Origin: Patescibacteria group bacterium
GTDB lineage: Bacteria; Patescibacteriota; Microgenomatia; UBA1400; PJMF01
Length of the DNA stretch: 64,000 nucleotides
Assembly (NCBI GenBank): GCA_016861085.1
Contig: BOKR01000001.1
Span: 195,271-259,270, forward strand
Direction: 5' to 3'
In this document: positions 49,548 through 58,702 of the stretch, piece after piece
Layout of the letters: every line of letters starts with the position of its first letter
Position numbering within the stretch: position 1 is the first letter of the stretch
Position numbers and translations under genes: made by a program
Notes under the pieces: model-generated
The model's database searches: none
What the model saw: only the letters and a program-made list of their open reading frames with translations
Told to the model about the DNA's origin: nothing

Positions 49548-50837
49548 TTATTCTATTTCGTCGTCGCCAACAAGAAATCCCTGAAGATCTTTTCGGCCCA
49601 ACTCAATTTTGTGTTTTAATTTATTTAATTTCTTCACAACAATCATCGCGGTTGTAATCTTTTTATCTTTGATTTTTATCTTAACTTCAATAACTGGTAC
49701 TTTGCCCTCAATGATTTCTTGTTGTCTCCATAACAAATCATCAATGTCAAATAACCCAAGGTCATGAGCAAATTTTTCACTAATCGCACTGCGATATCTA
49801 CCTGTATTGACTAAAGTTTCAGACTCGTGTTCCTTATTATTTTCGTCATAGACTATAATAGTTGGTTGGGTTGAGATAACTTGTACTCCTGCATCAATTT
49901 TTATTTGATCTGAAAAATTATGTGTAAATAAAGCCTGAGCAACTTTTACCCCATGTTTTGGACTGGTAATTTCCAAGCCCTCTACTCGCTCAATTCTTCG
50001 TTTTAACCCTGCTCTATTACAAATTTGAATAGAAAGCCCCGGGAAACCGTTCAGTTCTACGATCATGGGACCTTTTTCAGGGTGAATAAAAATATCAGCT
50101 CCCATAAACTTATATCCAGCCACACTGGCTGCTTTCACAGCGGTTTCAAGTACCCTATTCCAGTGTGGGATTTTGATCCCAGAGACTTTTTTTTTGGTTC
50201 CTGGAAAATGTGTAATTCGCTCTTTTTTTCCTTTGACAGCATAGGTTGTCAATCCTGTTGCAATGTCTATTCCAAGGCCAATAGCTCCCTGGTCTAGGTT
50301 AGCTTTGCCTTCTGACTCTTTGGTTGGAATACGAGCCATGGCCATAACTGGGACAGAGTTAAACACGACGACTCGAATGTCAGGCGTCCCTTTGTATGAA
50401 TATTTGCTTAGGTCTGGATGAGCTGGTATTTTTTCTTCTAAAATTGCTTTGTGTGCGCTGCCCCAAGTGCTAAACTCGCCATCAAGGATGTTGTTAACAT
50501 GGAGGTTTAGGTCATCTTCAGAAATAGTTGCCCCTGTAGACAGTTTCCACTGTGCTTTGTTTGTCAGTTTTTTTGTGACTACCCAAATTCCTTTACCCGC
50601 ACTGCCGCTGGCAGGTTTCAAAACGAACGGAACAGGAATAATTTCCCAATTAATATTGTCTATATCTTGCAATGTTTCAAAGACATGAAACACTTGTGCT
50701 GTTGCTATATTATTCTCGATAAGCAACTCTTTTGTTTTGAGTTTAGAAAAACCATAGTTTTTGGCTTTGATAGAGTTCAATTTGGTGTACTGATACCTGG
50801 CGTTCATGCCAAGGATATGAGATGGTTTAACTGACAT
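49548..50837 (-). CDS. Alpha-L-glutamate-ligase-related (ASST-type) ATP-grasp fused to a retropepsin/RimB-like domain
   Basis: ILGMNAR, KPASGSAGKG, GTPDIRV, ANLDQGA, ELNGFPGLSIQ; C-terminal LVNTG...ELGRKDL. Confidence 0.85.
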   Translation of the reverse strand: MSVKPSHILGMNARYQYTKLNSIKAKNYGFSKLKTKELLIENNIATAQVFHVFETLQDIDNINWEIIPVPFVLKPASGSAGKGIWVVTKKLTNKAQWKLSTGATISEDDLNLHVNNILDGEFSTWGSAHKAILEEKIPAHPDLSKYSYKGTPDIRVVVFNSVPVMAMARIPTKESEGKANLDQGAIGLGIDIATGLTTYAVKGKKERITHFPGTKKKVSGIKIPHWNRVLETAVKAASVAGYKFMGADIFIHPEKGPMIVELNGFPGLSIQICNRAGLKRRIERVEGLEITSPKHGVKVAQALFTHNFSDQIKIDAGVQVISTQPTIIVYDENNKEHESETLVNTGRYRSAISEKFAHDLGLFDIDDLLWRQQEIIEGKVPVIEVKIKIKDKKITTAMIVVKKLNKLKHKIELGRKDLQGFLVGDDEIE

Positions 50838-50842
50838 GGACG

Positions 50843-51802
50843 TTATTCTTCCTCTTCAATTAAAGACCTAAAACGTAATCGCTCGCTGATTCTTAAACCG
50901 ACGAACTTTCCAATCAAAATGTTAATAAAGCCTGAAAAGAACATAAGAAGTTCTGGTTCTGATAATGCAAATTGCTGGAGTGGCTCCCATTTTAGTAAGA
51001 ACCCAGAAACCACAGCCAAAGCAATTGTTTCAATTGTCAACGCAAGTGCTTCACTCTGCTTAGTCCTTGCTTGAGCATCTAAGAAGTTTTCTGCCAAAAG
51101 GATCAAAATTAAAATTGGGAATATATTGACACTTAATAAAGTGTTTAGTTTCACAAATGGTGCTACGACCAATGTGACAAAAATACCGATAGAAACTATC
51201 CAAAGTAGTAACGCAGTTCGGGGGAGATATGAAATTTTCGCAAGTTTAAGGAAGCGTTTTGCAATTAAAGCAGCAATGGCAATCACAAAGAAAATTAACA
51301 AGCCTTCAATAACACCTGTTGAGACAAGTGCAACCGAAAGAACAGCAGGAATGTAAATTCCAAAACCTCTCAGACCAATAATGTGTCTAGATGCGGCAAT
51401 AAAAGATGCAATCAATGGGAACAAGAGCAACAACACAAGCACGTTCACTGGTAAACCATTAGCAACAGCTTGTCTAATAGCATGTTGCAAAAAATTATTC
51501 CAATTTAACTTTTCTGGAGGGTTTTCATCAAGATATGCCTCAAGCCTACTTTTTTGTTTACCTCCAGTTTCGGTAATGTCTTGATCTTTTTTTTCTTGGA
51601 TTTTTTCAACGATTTCGGCAGAAGGAGTGGCTAATCTAGCGCTATCAGTGGCTTCCCCTGCTTGTGTAGCGACAGAAGTGGTGTCTATCACAATTTCTGC
51701 ATCTTCTAGGGTCACTGCGTAAGAAATTTTTGGGTTGAGAACTAGCGCAAAGGAAGTAAAGAACGCAAAAAAAACTACTACTGCTAATTGGCTGATCTTC
51801 AT
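50843..51802 (-). CDS. 7TM (transglutaminase-associated) membrane protein with N-terminal exported segment, ending in EEEE
   Basis: RHIIGLRGFGIYIP, FPILIL, GLRISERLRF. Confidence 0.8.
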   Translation of the reverse strand: MKISQLAVVVFFAFFTSFALVLNPKISYAVTLEDAEIVIDTTSVATQAGEATDSARLATPSAEIVEKIQEKKDQDITETGGKQKSRLEAYLDENPPEKLNWNNFLQHAIRQAVANGLPVNVLVLLLLFPLIASFIAASRHIIGLRGFGIYIPAVLSVALVSTGVIEGLLIFFVIAIAALIAKRFLKLAKISYLPRTALLLWIVSIGIFVTLVVAPFVKLNTLLSVNIFPILILILLAENFLDAQARTKQSEALALTIETIALAVVSGFLLKWEPLQQFALSEPELLMFFSGFINILIGKFVGLRISERLRFRSLIEEEE

Positions 51803-51821
51803 AGGTATATTATACCTTACA

Positions 51822-52178
51822 TCACAAAATCTTGCTGATAATGGAATGGACGAAGCCAAGTAAAATCGATACAAATACAAGTGACCAAAATTGAGACAAT
51901 TGTGTGCCAAATACTATCATTTCTTGAATATGAAATCCTGGGACTAAATAGGTGGCTAGCCAAAGGAGAAAAATATTGATTATTCCAGAGAATAATCCAA
52001 GTGTGATTATATTTATAGGAAGAAATAGTAATTTGAGTACTGGTCTGACCAATGAATATAGGATTGTGAGAACGATACTTGCAATTATTAAGGTTGCCAA
52101 ACTGGTGAAACCAACAGTAGGCAACGCCCAAGCCAGGACACCTAATGTAAAAGCTGTTATTAGTATTGCTCGCAACAT
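51822..52178 (-). CDS. Holin superfamily IV (YvlD-like) membrane protein
   Basis: VRPVLKLLFLPINIITLGLF, LVPGF. Confidence 0.85.
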   Translation of the reverse strand: MLRAILITAFTLGVLAWALPTVGFTSLATLIIASIVLTILYSLVRPVLKLLFLPINIITLGLFSGIINIFLLWLATYLVPGFHIQEMIVFGTQLSQFWSLVFVSILLGFVHSIISKIL

Positions 52179-52209
52179 ATTACTATGTAGTATAGCAAAT
52201 TGTGAAACG

Positions 52210-53625
52210 CTACTCAAACATTGCTGTTAACCGCTTTTTCTTGTGTTGCTTTTGTGCAAAGCGATGTGACTCATCTCTAATCTGCTGAATTAGTTTTAGT
52301 GTTGGATGACTTGAATCAAGTTTAACGAGGTGGTATTTAAGGTTACTTATTTTTCTACCATGTTCCACTTGTGTTTCGTAATATGGCAAGACTAGCCTAT
52401 CTGGATTCTTAGCGATCCCGATTACAGGTACGTACCATTTCCATAGTTTCAAAACTGATTTTACTTGTCCTTTACCACCGTCAATCAAGACTAAATTTGG
52501 AGTCCCCCACTCTGGGTGGTTTTGTCTTCTAACGATTGCTTCTTGCAACATATGAAAATCATTTGGCGTATTAAGCGTTTTAATGTTAAAAATGCGGTAT
52601 TGGTCTGTGTCTGGTTGTCCATTAGTAAAGGTAACCAACGAAACAGCTGGATTTGTACCTTGGATGTTGCTGACGTCGTAACCTTCTATTCTAGTAAGTG
52701 GCATTTGCTTTGGAAGGCCTAAATATTGGGAAAGAATTTTTTGTAAGTAAATAACGCCATCCTCACTAATTTGTTCTTTGAGTGCTGCAGTTGTGAGTTC
52801 AGGCTTTAGTTTGTGTTGCTTGCTGGTAACTTCTGCAATCAATTTAAGTTGATCTCGCACAACTGCAGCCTCCTCATAATTTTGGGTTTCGATTGCTTGC
52901 CCCATTTTTTGTTGCAGTGAGTCGGTAACTAACTTTTTTTTACCTCTCAAAAAATGAATTAAATTTTGAATATTTTCGTTATATTTTCCTGGGGAAATCT
53001 CACCAATACAGGCACCTGGACACAAATCTAAGTGGTAATAAAAGCATGGTTGATTATCCTTGTTTCTTCTATTTTCGTGTGCTAGTTTTTTATTGCACCA
53101 AGGAAAAATTTTTCGAGCAATGTTCAAGACTTCATTTGTTTTATAGGCACTGGGAAATGGTCCAAGGACTGTTGTCCCATTTCGTTGTTTTTTTTGTAAC
53201 TCTTTTTTTCTAACTTTTAATACCCTAGGATAAACTTCATCGGTAATTTCTATGTATAGTGGACTCTTGTCGTCTTTTAAAAGTGTGTTGTATTCTGGTT
53301 GGTAGGTTCGAATCAGTTCAGCTTCAACCAACAATGCTTGTAGTTCACTTTCAAGTACTTTGTGTTTGACGGTTTGAGCGAGTGAAACCATCTGTTTTAT
53401 TTTGCTTGTTAGCAGTGGATATTTGGCGTACGAACTAACTCTGTTCTTGAGTTTCTTGGCTTTTCCGACGTATAAGACTTGAGAGTTTTGGCCGATAAAC
53501 CAATACACTCCCGGTGACAAGGGTAATGATGATAAAGCCGACTCCCAAATAAAGGTAGGTTTCTTGTTTTTGGAGGGCGGTAATGAGCTGTGGTCCGCTG
53601 ACGATTTGTTGTTGGGCTGGTTCAT
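52210..53625 (-). CDS. uvrC: Excinuclease ABC subunit C (no C-terminal HhH)
   Basis: PGVY...YVGKAKKL, YDVSN, IDGGKGQ, RDESHRFA. Confidence 0.92.
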   Translation of the reverse strand: MNQPNNKSSADHSSLPPSKNKKPTFIWESALSSLPLSPGVYWFIGQNSQVLYVGKAKKLKNRVSSYAKYPLLTSKIKQMVSLAQTVKHKVLESELQALLVEAELIRTYQPEYNTLLKDDKSPLYIEITDEVYPRVLKVRKKELQKKQRNGTTVLGPFPSAYKTNEVLNIARKIFPWCNKKLAHENRRNKDNQPCFYYHLDLCPGACIGEISPGKYNENIQNLIHFLRGKKKLVTDSLQQKMGQAIETQNYEEAAVVRDQLKLIAEVTSKQHKLKPELTTAALKEQISEDGVIYLQKILSQYLGLPKQMPLTRIEGYDVSNIQGTNPAVSLVTFTNGQPDTDQYRIFNIKTLNTPNDFHMLQEAIVRRQNHPEWGTPNLVLIDGGKGQVKSVLKLWKWYVPVIGIAKNPDRLVLPYYETQVEHGRKISNLKYHLVKLDSSHPTLKLIQQIRDESHRFAQKQHKKKRLTAMFE

Positions 53626-55378
53626 AAAGTGCTTCTCCAGTGTTTTTCCATACATAGTTTACCGTGATTTCGCTTCTTTTTGGAACTGACAAACCTTTTG
53701 TGAAGAACGTTGCTGAAAAGGTTTTTGTTTGATATGGCAATAATACTGCTAAAGTACTATTTTCTCCCAGTGCTACATCTATTTCAGGATCCTGCGCTAT
53801 AATCTGTGGTTGTATATCATACCAGGCCTGTCCAGTGTCGTTACTAATTGAAATAGTGAACATGCCCGGAATAGGAATAAAAAAGAATTTTTTTTGCTCA
53901 ACTTTTGTTGAAATTGCTGGGCCGATATTTGGGAACGGTTCGTCACTAATAGTGACGTCTACGTCTTTCGTTTCCTCTTGTGAAAGTGCTTTATAGCTTC
54001 CTGCTGGGTTGGGAAGGGTGCTGGAATTACCATTAATTGCAAACACAATATGGTTGAGATCAAATAGGTTGAAGTAGTCTACTCCTCCAGTGGTGTTTCC
54101 CCATGTGGGATCAATAGGAATCCAACGATTCTGTTGCTGATCAAAATATTCTGGCCAAGAATGTAGGATATCACCTGCAAAACTGAGTGGTCGTAGGATT
54201 GAGTTTTCTGAGTACGCATACCCTACTAATCTTCGAGCGGGTATATTTGCTGCTCTGGCAATCGCAATAAAGCTATCTGTGAATTCTTGACAGACCGCAT
54301 CTTCACTGTTCTTAAATGCGTCGACAGCTCCATAGCGAGTTAGTGTCTCTAGAGTGATTTCCCTTCTAGAGTACTGTAGGGTATCAACTACATGATCATA
54401 TATAGATTCAGCGGTTGGAAACGACTGTGCTTTTTCTTTGATTATTGAGTTATTACTCTCCCAGTATTTATCATTTTGGGTATGATTTTTTTGCACCGGG
54501 ACTCCTGGAACGATTATATTTGGTTCAAGGGTTACTTGGGCTACTGCTGTTAAATGTACTACAGTTACAGATGAAGCAGGAATTTTATATGAGGCGATCC
54601 AATTCCCATCGGCATCTTGTTTTATTTCTTCAGGAAGTGGATCAAGATCATGGTAGTGGAGCTTTTGATATTGTGTGTCTGGCGGTAAGGCAATTTGTGC
54701 AATAGCTGGACTACTAGAGGGATTTTCTAGGTGATATCTTAGTGTCATTTTGTAATTTTGTTCCGTGCCAAAGATTGCTGAAATTGGTTCACCTTTTGGG
54801 AGGTCAAATACAATTTTGGCTTCAGTCTGAACAAACTCTGACGAGGTTGGGGTTGGGGTAACCCTAACGGGAAGCGAGAAAAAAACTGGAGTGTAGAGAA
54901 TTGTTCTATTTGAATCGAATGTATTTTCATCTCCAAGTTGAGGAATATGGACTTCTAGAACTCTTCCGGCTACTAAAGCCACATCTGGATTTGAGTACTC
55001 AATAGTGAAATCTCTGACTTTTCCTTGGCCAACAACTTCATCTTCAAAAGTAATTCCAATACTTGTCCCACTTTCGTTACTGACAATGTTTGCTGGAATC
55101 TCTTTTGACCCCGATTTTACTATGATATTTTGCAAGCCAAAATAAGTTGTCTTTAGCGCATATTGTTTAAGATAAATAGTTGGTGTTTTATTGGTTATTC
55201 GTATATGGTGAGAAACGAACGTATTGCCATCTCTTGAAACTCTATATGTCGTTTCAATGGTTGTATTAAAATTTTCTTTTGCAGTATTTTCTTGTGCCAA
55301 AACAGATGAAGCGCTAAAAGGTAGCGTCAAAAAGAACAAGAAAAAAACAGTAAAAATACCACGTAATAATTGACGCAT
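53435..55378 (-). CDS. Exported transglutaminase-like protein with C-terminal TM anchor
   Basis: Signal peptide; VCQEF, HSWPEY, IDPTW (Cys-His-Asp). Confidence 0.88.
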   Translation of the reverse strand: MRQLLRGIFTVFFLFFLTLPFSASSVLAQENTAKENFNTTIETTYRVSRDGNTFVSHHIRITNKTPTIYLKQYALKTTYFGLQNIIVKSGSKEIPANIVSNESGTSIGITFEDEVVGQGKVRDFTIEYSNPDVALVAGRVLEVHIPQLGDENTFDSNRTILYTPVFFSLPVRVTPTPTSSEFVQTEAKIVFDLPKGEPISAIFGTEQNYKMTLRYHLENPSSSPAIAQIALPPDTQYQKLHYHDLDPLPEEIKQDADGNWIASYKIPASSVTVVHLTAVAQVTLEPNIIVPGVPVQKNHTQNDKYWESNNSIIKEKAQSFPTAESIYDHVVDTLQYSRREITLETLTRYGAVDAFKNSEDAVCQEFTDSFIAIARAANIPARRLVGYAYSENSILRPLSFAGDILHSWPEYFDQQQNRWIPIDPTWGNTTGGVDYFNLFDLNHIVFAINGNSSTLPNPAGSYKALSQEETKDVDVTISDEPFPNIGPAISTKVEQKKFFFIPIPGMFTISISNDTGQAWYDIQPQIIAQDPEIDVALGENSTLAVLLPYQTKTFSATFFTKGLSVPKRSEITVNYVWKNTGEALYEPAQQQIVSGPQLITALQKQETYLYLGVGFIIITLVTGSVLVYRPKLSSLIRRKSQETQEQS

Positions 55379-55418
55379 GCTTTTATTGTAACTGCTTTGT
55401 TAAGAAATTGGCAGACCG

Positions 55419-58385
55419 TTATCGGTGAGAAGTGTTGAGTTCTTCCCTAAGATATGTTCCTGTTGCTGAATTAGGATTGTTACTAATATTTTCAACGGTA
55501 CCCTGCGCAACAATTTCACCACCATTATCACCACCCTCTGGTCCTAAATCAATAATCCAATCTGAATTCTTGATAACATCTAAGTTATGTTCAATAAGGA
55601 TGACAGTGTTATTTTGTTTGACGAGCTGATCTAAAACTTGAAGTAATTTTTGTACGTCTTCAAAATGTAAACCAGTTGTGGGTTCGTCCAACAAATATAA
55701 AACGTGATCAAGAGTTCTGGTTGAAAGTTCTTTGGCGAGTTTGACTCTTTGCGCTTCTCCACCACTCAGTGTGGGGGCAGGTTGGCCAAGCTTTATGTAT
55801 CCCAACCCTACTTCTTGTAGAGTTGTGACTTTTTTGCTGATTCCCGACTGACTTTTGAAAAAGTTTGCTGCTTCATCAATGGTCATGTCCAAAACTTCGG
55901 CAATATTTTTATCTTTGTACCTCACTTCTAAGGTTTCTTCATTGTAACGTTTTCCATTACAGACATCACAGGTGACATAGACATCTGGCAAGAATTGCAT
56001 TTCAATTTTAATTTGCCCGTCACCTTGACATGCCTCACAGCGTCCACCTTTTACATTGAAACTAAATCTTCCTGATTTGTACCCGCGCATTTGGGCATCT
56101 TTTGTATTAGCAAAAATGGTTCTGATAATATCAAAAATTTTTGTGTATGTTGCGGGATTTGATCTTGGAGTTTTACCAATTGGACTTTGATCAATTAAAG
56201 TGATTCGTTTGACTTCTTCAGGGATTGTGATGGAGTCTATATTGCCCTGCATTCGCTTAGTAGATTTACCGAGCTGTTTTGCAACGTTTGTATACAAAGT
56301 ATCATGGAGCAAGGTTGATTTTCCGGAGCCAGAAATACCGGTGATACAAACAAGTTTTCCAAGCGGAAAATCGACATCAAGATTTTTGAGGTTATGATGT
56401 GTAGCTCCAGTTATTTTTATAGCTGAATGTTTGAGTGGTTCATCATCGCTCACCAATTTTCTTTCTTTAGTATCCTTGTTTCTGGTAATATCCTTTTTTC
56501 GAGCTAAATACTTACCGGTAATAGAATTGTTGCTTGCCATGATTTCTTCTGGTGTTCCCATTGCAACAATTTCACCACCATGGACCCCGGCTTTAGGACC
56601 AATATCCAAAATATAATCGGCTGCCAGCATTACATCACGATCGTGTTCAACGACAATAACGGTATTGCCTTTTTCTTGCAGATTTTTAAGAGTATCGATT
56701 AATTGATGGTTGTCTCTTTGGTGCAGTCCGATGGTTGGTTCATCCAAAATATACAGCACACCAGTTAATCCAGTTCCGATTTGAGAAGCTAGGCGGATTC
56801 TTTGTGCTTCACCACCTGCTAATGTTGATGCTTCACGGCTTAAAGTCAAATAATTGAGACCAACTGAATTCAAAAATCCTAATCGAGTTACAATTTCTTT
56901 TAAAATTGACTCTGCAATAAATGCTTCTTTTTGTGTGATTGATTGTGTATTTTTTTTGAGTGATTGGCTCCATTCGAGTACATTTTTGATTGACAATTTC
57001 GTCACATCTGCAATGCTTTTATTATCAACATGGATGCTTAGAGCCTCTTTTTTCAAGCGATCTCCATTGCAGGTCGGACAAACTTGTTTATGCATGTACT
57101 GACCGATTTCTTTTCTGATAAATTCGGAGTCAGTTTCGTGATAGCGTCGTTCCAAGTTTTTGATGAAGCCTTCAAACTGTTCGTGAACTACAGTCTGTTT
57201 TCCAAAACGGTTTTCACCTTCTACTCTATAGACTGTATCCCCACCATATAACAACATATTTTGAGCTTCTGGACTCATTTCTTCGTAAGCAGTTTTCCTA
57301 AAATCATAGCCAGCTGTCTCAACCACTGCTTTTACCAATCTAGACCACCAAGTGTCAGTACCCATCATTCGGGCAAATGGAATAATTGCTCCTTCACTTA
57401 AAGTGAGGCTTGGAGCAACAATTTTTTCAATATCAATTTTTTGCAGTGTTCCTAACCCATTACAAGTTTCACATGCACCTTGTGGTGAGTTAAAAGAAAA
57501 TAGTCTTGGTTCGATTTCTGAAATAGAAATACCACAATCACTACAGGCTCGTTTTTCACTAAACAATTTATTGGTGTATTGTTGTGGGTTTTCTGGGAAC
57601 TGCAAAGAATCATCTTCAATAAAGCTGGCAATCACCAATCCATCAGCAAGTTTTAAGGATTCTTCAACAGATTGTGCAATTCTACTGCGAAGTGTTTTTC
57701 TTTCTTCTGTATTTCGTAATTGCTGTTTTGAAGCAACAATACGATCGATCACGATATTGATATCATGTTTATTTGTTTTGATAATCGTCAAGTCTTCGTC
57801 AAGTGAGTACATTCTGCCATCAATTTGTGCACGTAAGTATCCCTTTTTTCGTAACGTTTCAAACAGACCAGAAAATTCACCTTTTTTTTGTCTGATAACT
57901 GGAGAAAGTAACACCAGGCGAACTGCTGTTCCAGCCGAACGCAGTTCAACTTCATCAAGGATCTGGTTAACGATCTGATCAATTGATTGGGTGGCAACTT
58001 CTTTACCACAGTTTGGACAGTGTGGGCGGCCAATTCTGGCAAATAGGAGCCGCAAGTAATCGTAGATTTCAGTGATGGTTCCTACAGTTGAACGAGGATT
58101 ATGTGAAGTGGTTTTTTGGTCAATTGAAATCGCGGGAGACAACCCGTCGATTTGGTCGACTTCTGGCTTATGCATCACTCCCAAAAATTGGCGAGCATAT
58201 GAGCTTAAGGATTCTACATAACGTCTTTGGCCTTCTGCATATAAGGTATCAAAGGCTAATGAGCTTTTTCCACTGCCTGAAATCCCGGTAAAAACAACTA
58301 ATTTATTTTTTGGGATTTCGACAGAAATATCTTTGAGGTTATGTTCTCGTGCACCAGTGATTTTGATAGTATCGCGTGTACTCAT
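55419..58385 (-). CDS. uvrA: Excinuclease ABC subunit A
   Basis: Two GxSGSGKS motifs, zinc fingers, GGEAQR. Confidence 0.98.
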   Translation of the reverse strand: MSTRDTIKITGAREHNLKDISVEIPKNKLVVFTGISGSGKSSLAFDTLYAEGQRRYVESLSSYARQFLGVMHKPEVDQIDGLSPAISIDQKTTSHNPRSTVGTITEIYDYLRLLFARIGRPHCPNCGKEVATQSIDQIVNQILDEVELRSAGTAVRLVLLSPVIRQKKGEFSGLFETLRKKGYLRAQIDGRMYSLDEDLTIIKTNKHDINIVIDRIVASKQQLRNTEERKTLRSRIAQSVEESLKLADGLVIASFIEDDSLQFPENPQQYTNKLFSEKRACSDCGISISEIEPRLFSFNSPQGACETCNGLGTLQKIDIEKIVAPSLTLSEGAIIPFARMMGTDTWWSRLVKAVVETAGYDFRKTAYEEMSPEAQNMLLYGGDTVYRVEGENRFGKQTVVHEQFEGFIKNLERRYHETDSEFIRKEIGQYMHKQVCPTCNGDRLKKEALSIHVDNKSIADVTKLSIKNVLEWSQSLKKNTQSITQKEAFIAESILKEIVTRLGFLNSVGLNYLTLSREASTLAGGEAQRIRLASQIGTGLTGVLYILDEPTIGLHQRDNHQLIDTLKNLQEKGNTVIVVEHDRDVMLAADYILDIGPKAGVHGGEIVAMGTPEEIMASNNSITGKYLARKKDITRNKDTKERKLVSDDEPLKHSAIKITGATHHNLKNLDVDFPLGKLVCITGISGSGKSTLLHDTLYTNVAKQLGKSTKRMQGNIDSITIPEEVKRITLIDQSPIGKTPRSNPATYTKIFDIIRTIFANTKDAQMRGYKSGRFSFNVKGGRCEACQGDGQIKIEMQFLPDVYVTCDVCNGKRYNEETLEVRYKDKNIAEVLDMTIDEAANFFKSQSGISKKVTTLQEVGLGYIKLGQPAPTLSGGEAQRVKLAKELSTRTLDHVLYLLDEPTTGLHFEDVQKLLQVLDQLVKQNNTVILIEHNLDVIKNSDWIIDLGPEGGDNGGEIVAQGTVENISNNPNSATGTYLREELNTSHR

Positions 58386-58471
58386 ATGAAGTAGGTATTA
58401 TACCGTAAAATCAACGAAAATTGGAGGGTGAAATACGTTTTACATCTTAGTATGGTATAATATCGTTTGAT

Positions 58472-58702
58472 ATGATAAAAGAAATTGTTGATTATTCGAA
58501 ATTAAATACAGAGCATCCTTTTTTGTCAGTTCTTCTGAGAAGAATGCAAACTGATGGAAGTCCTGTTAAGGCATCTGATCAGTTATTTCAAGTATATATG
58601 TTGGCTCAGCAAGTCGGCCTTATTCAAAGAACTGGCGCTGATTTGAAAACATTTGCTTTGACAAAATCGGGTGAAGACTTTTTGGCTGCAATTAGTAAAT
58701 AA
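58472..58702 (+). CDS. Small hypothetical protein, possibly winged-helix (GLIQ...ALTKSG)
   Basis: 76 aa; TGGTATAAT 10 nt before ATG. Confidence 0.55.
   Translation: MIKEIVDYSKLNTEHPFLSVLLRRMQTDGSPVKASDQLFQVYMLAQQVGLIQRTGADLKTFALTKSGEDFLAAISK

Noticed and set aside
51822-52178. Prophage suggested by the holin-family gene
   Set aside because: This family is commonly chromosomal; no integrase, terminase or structural genes are nearby.
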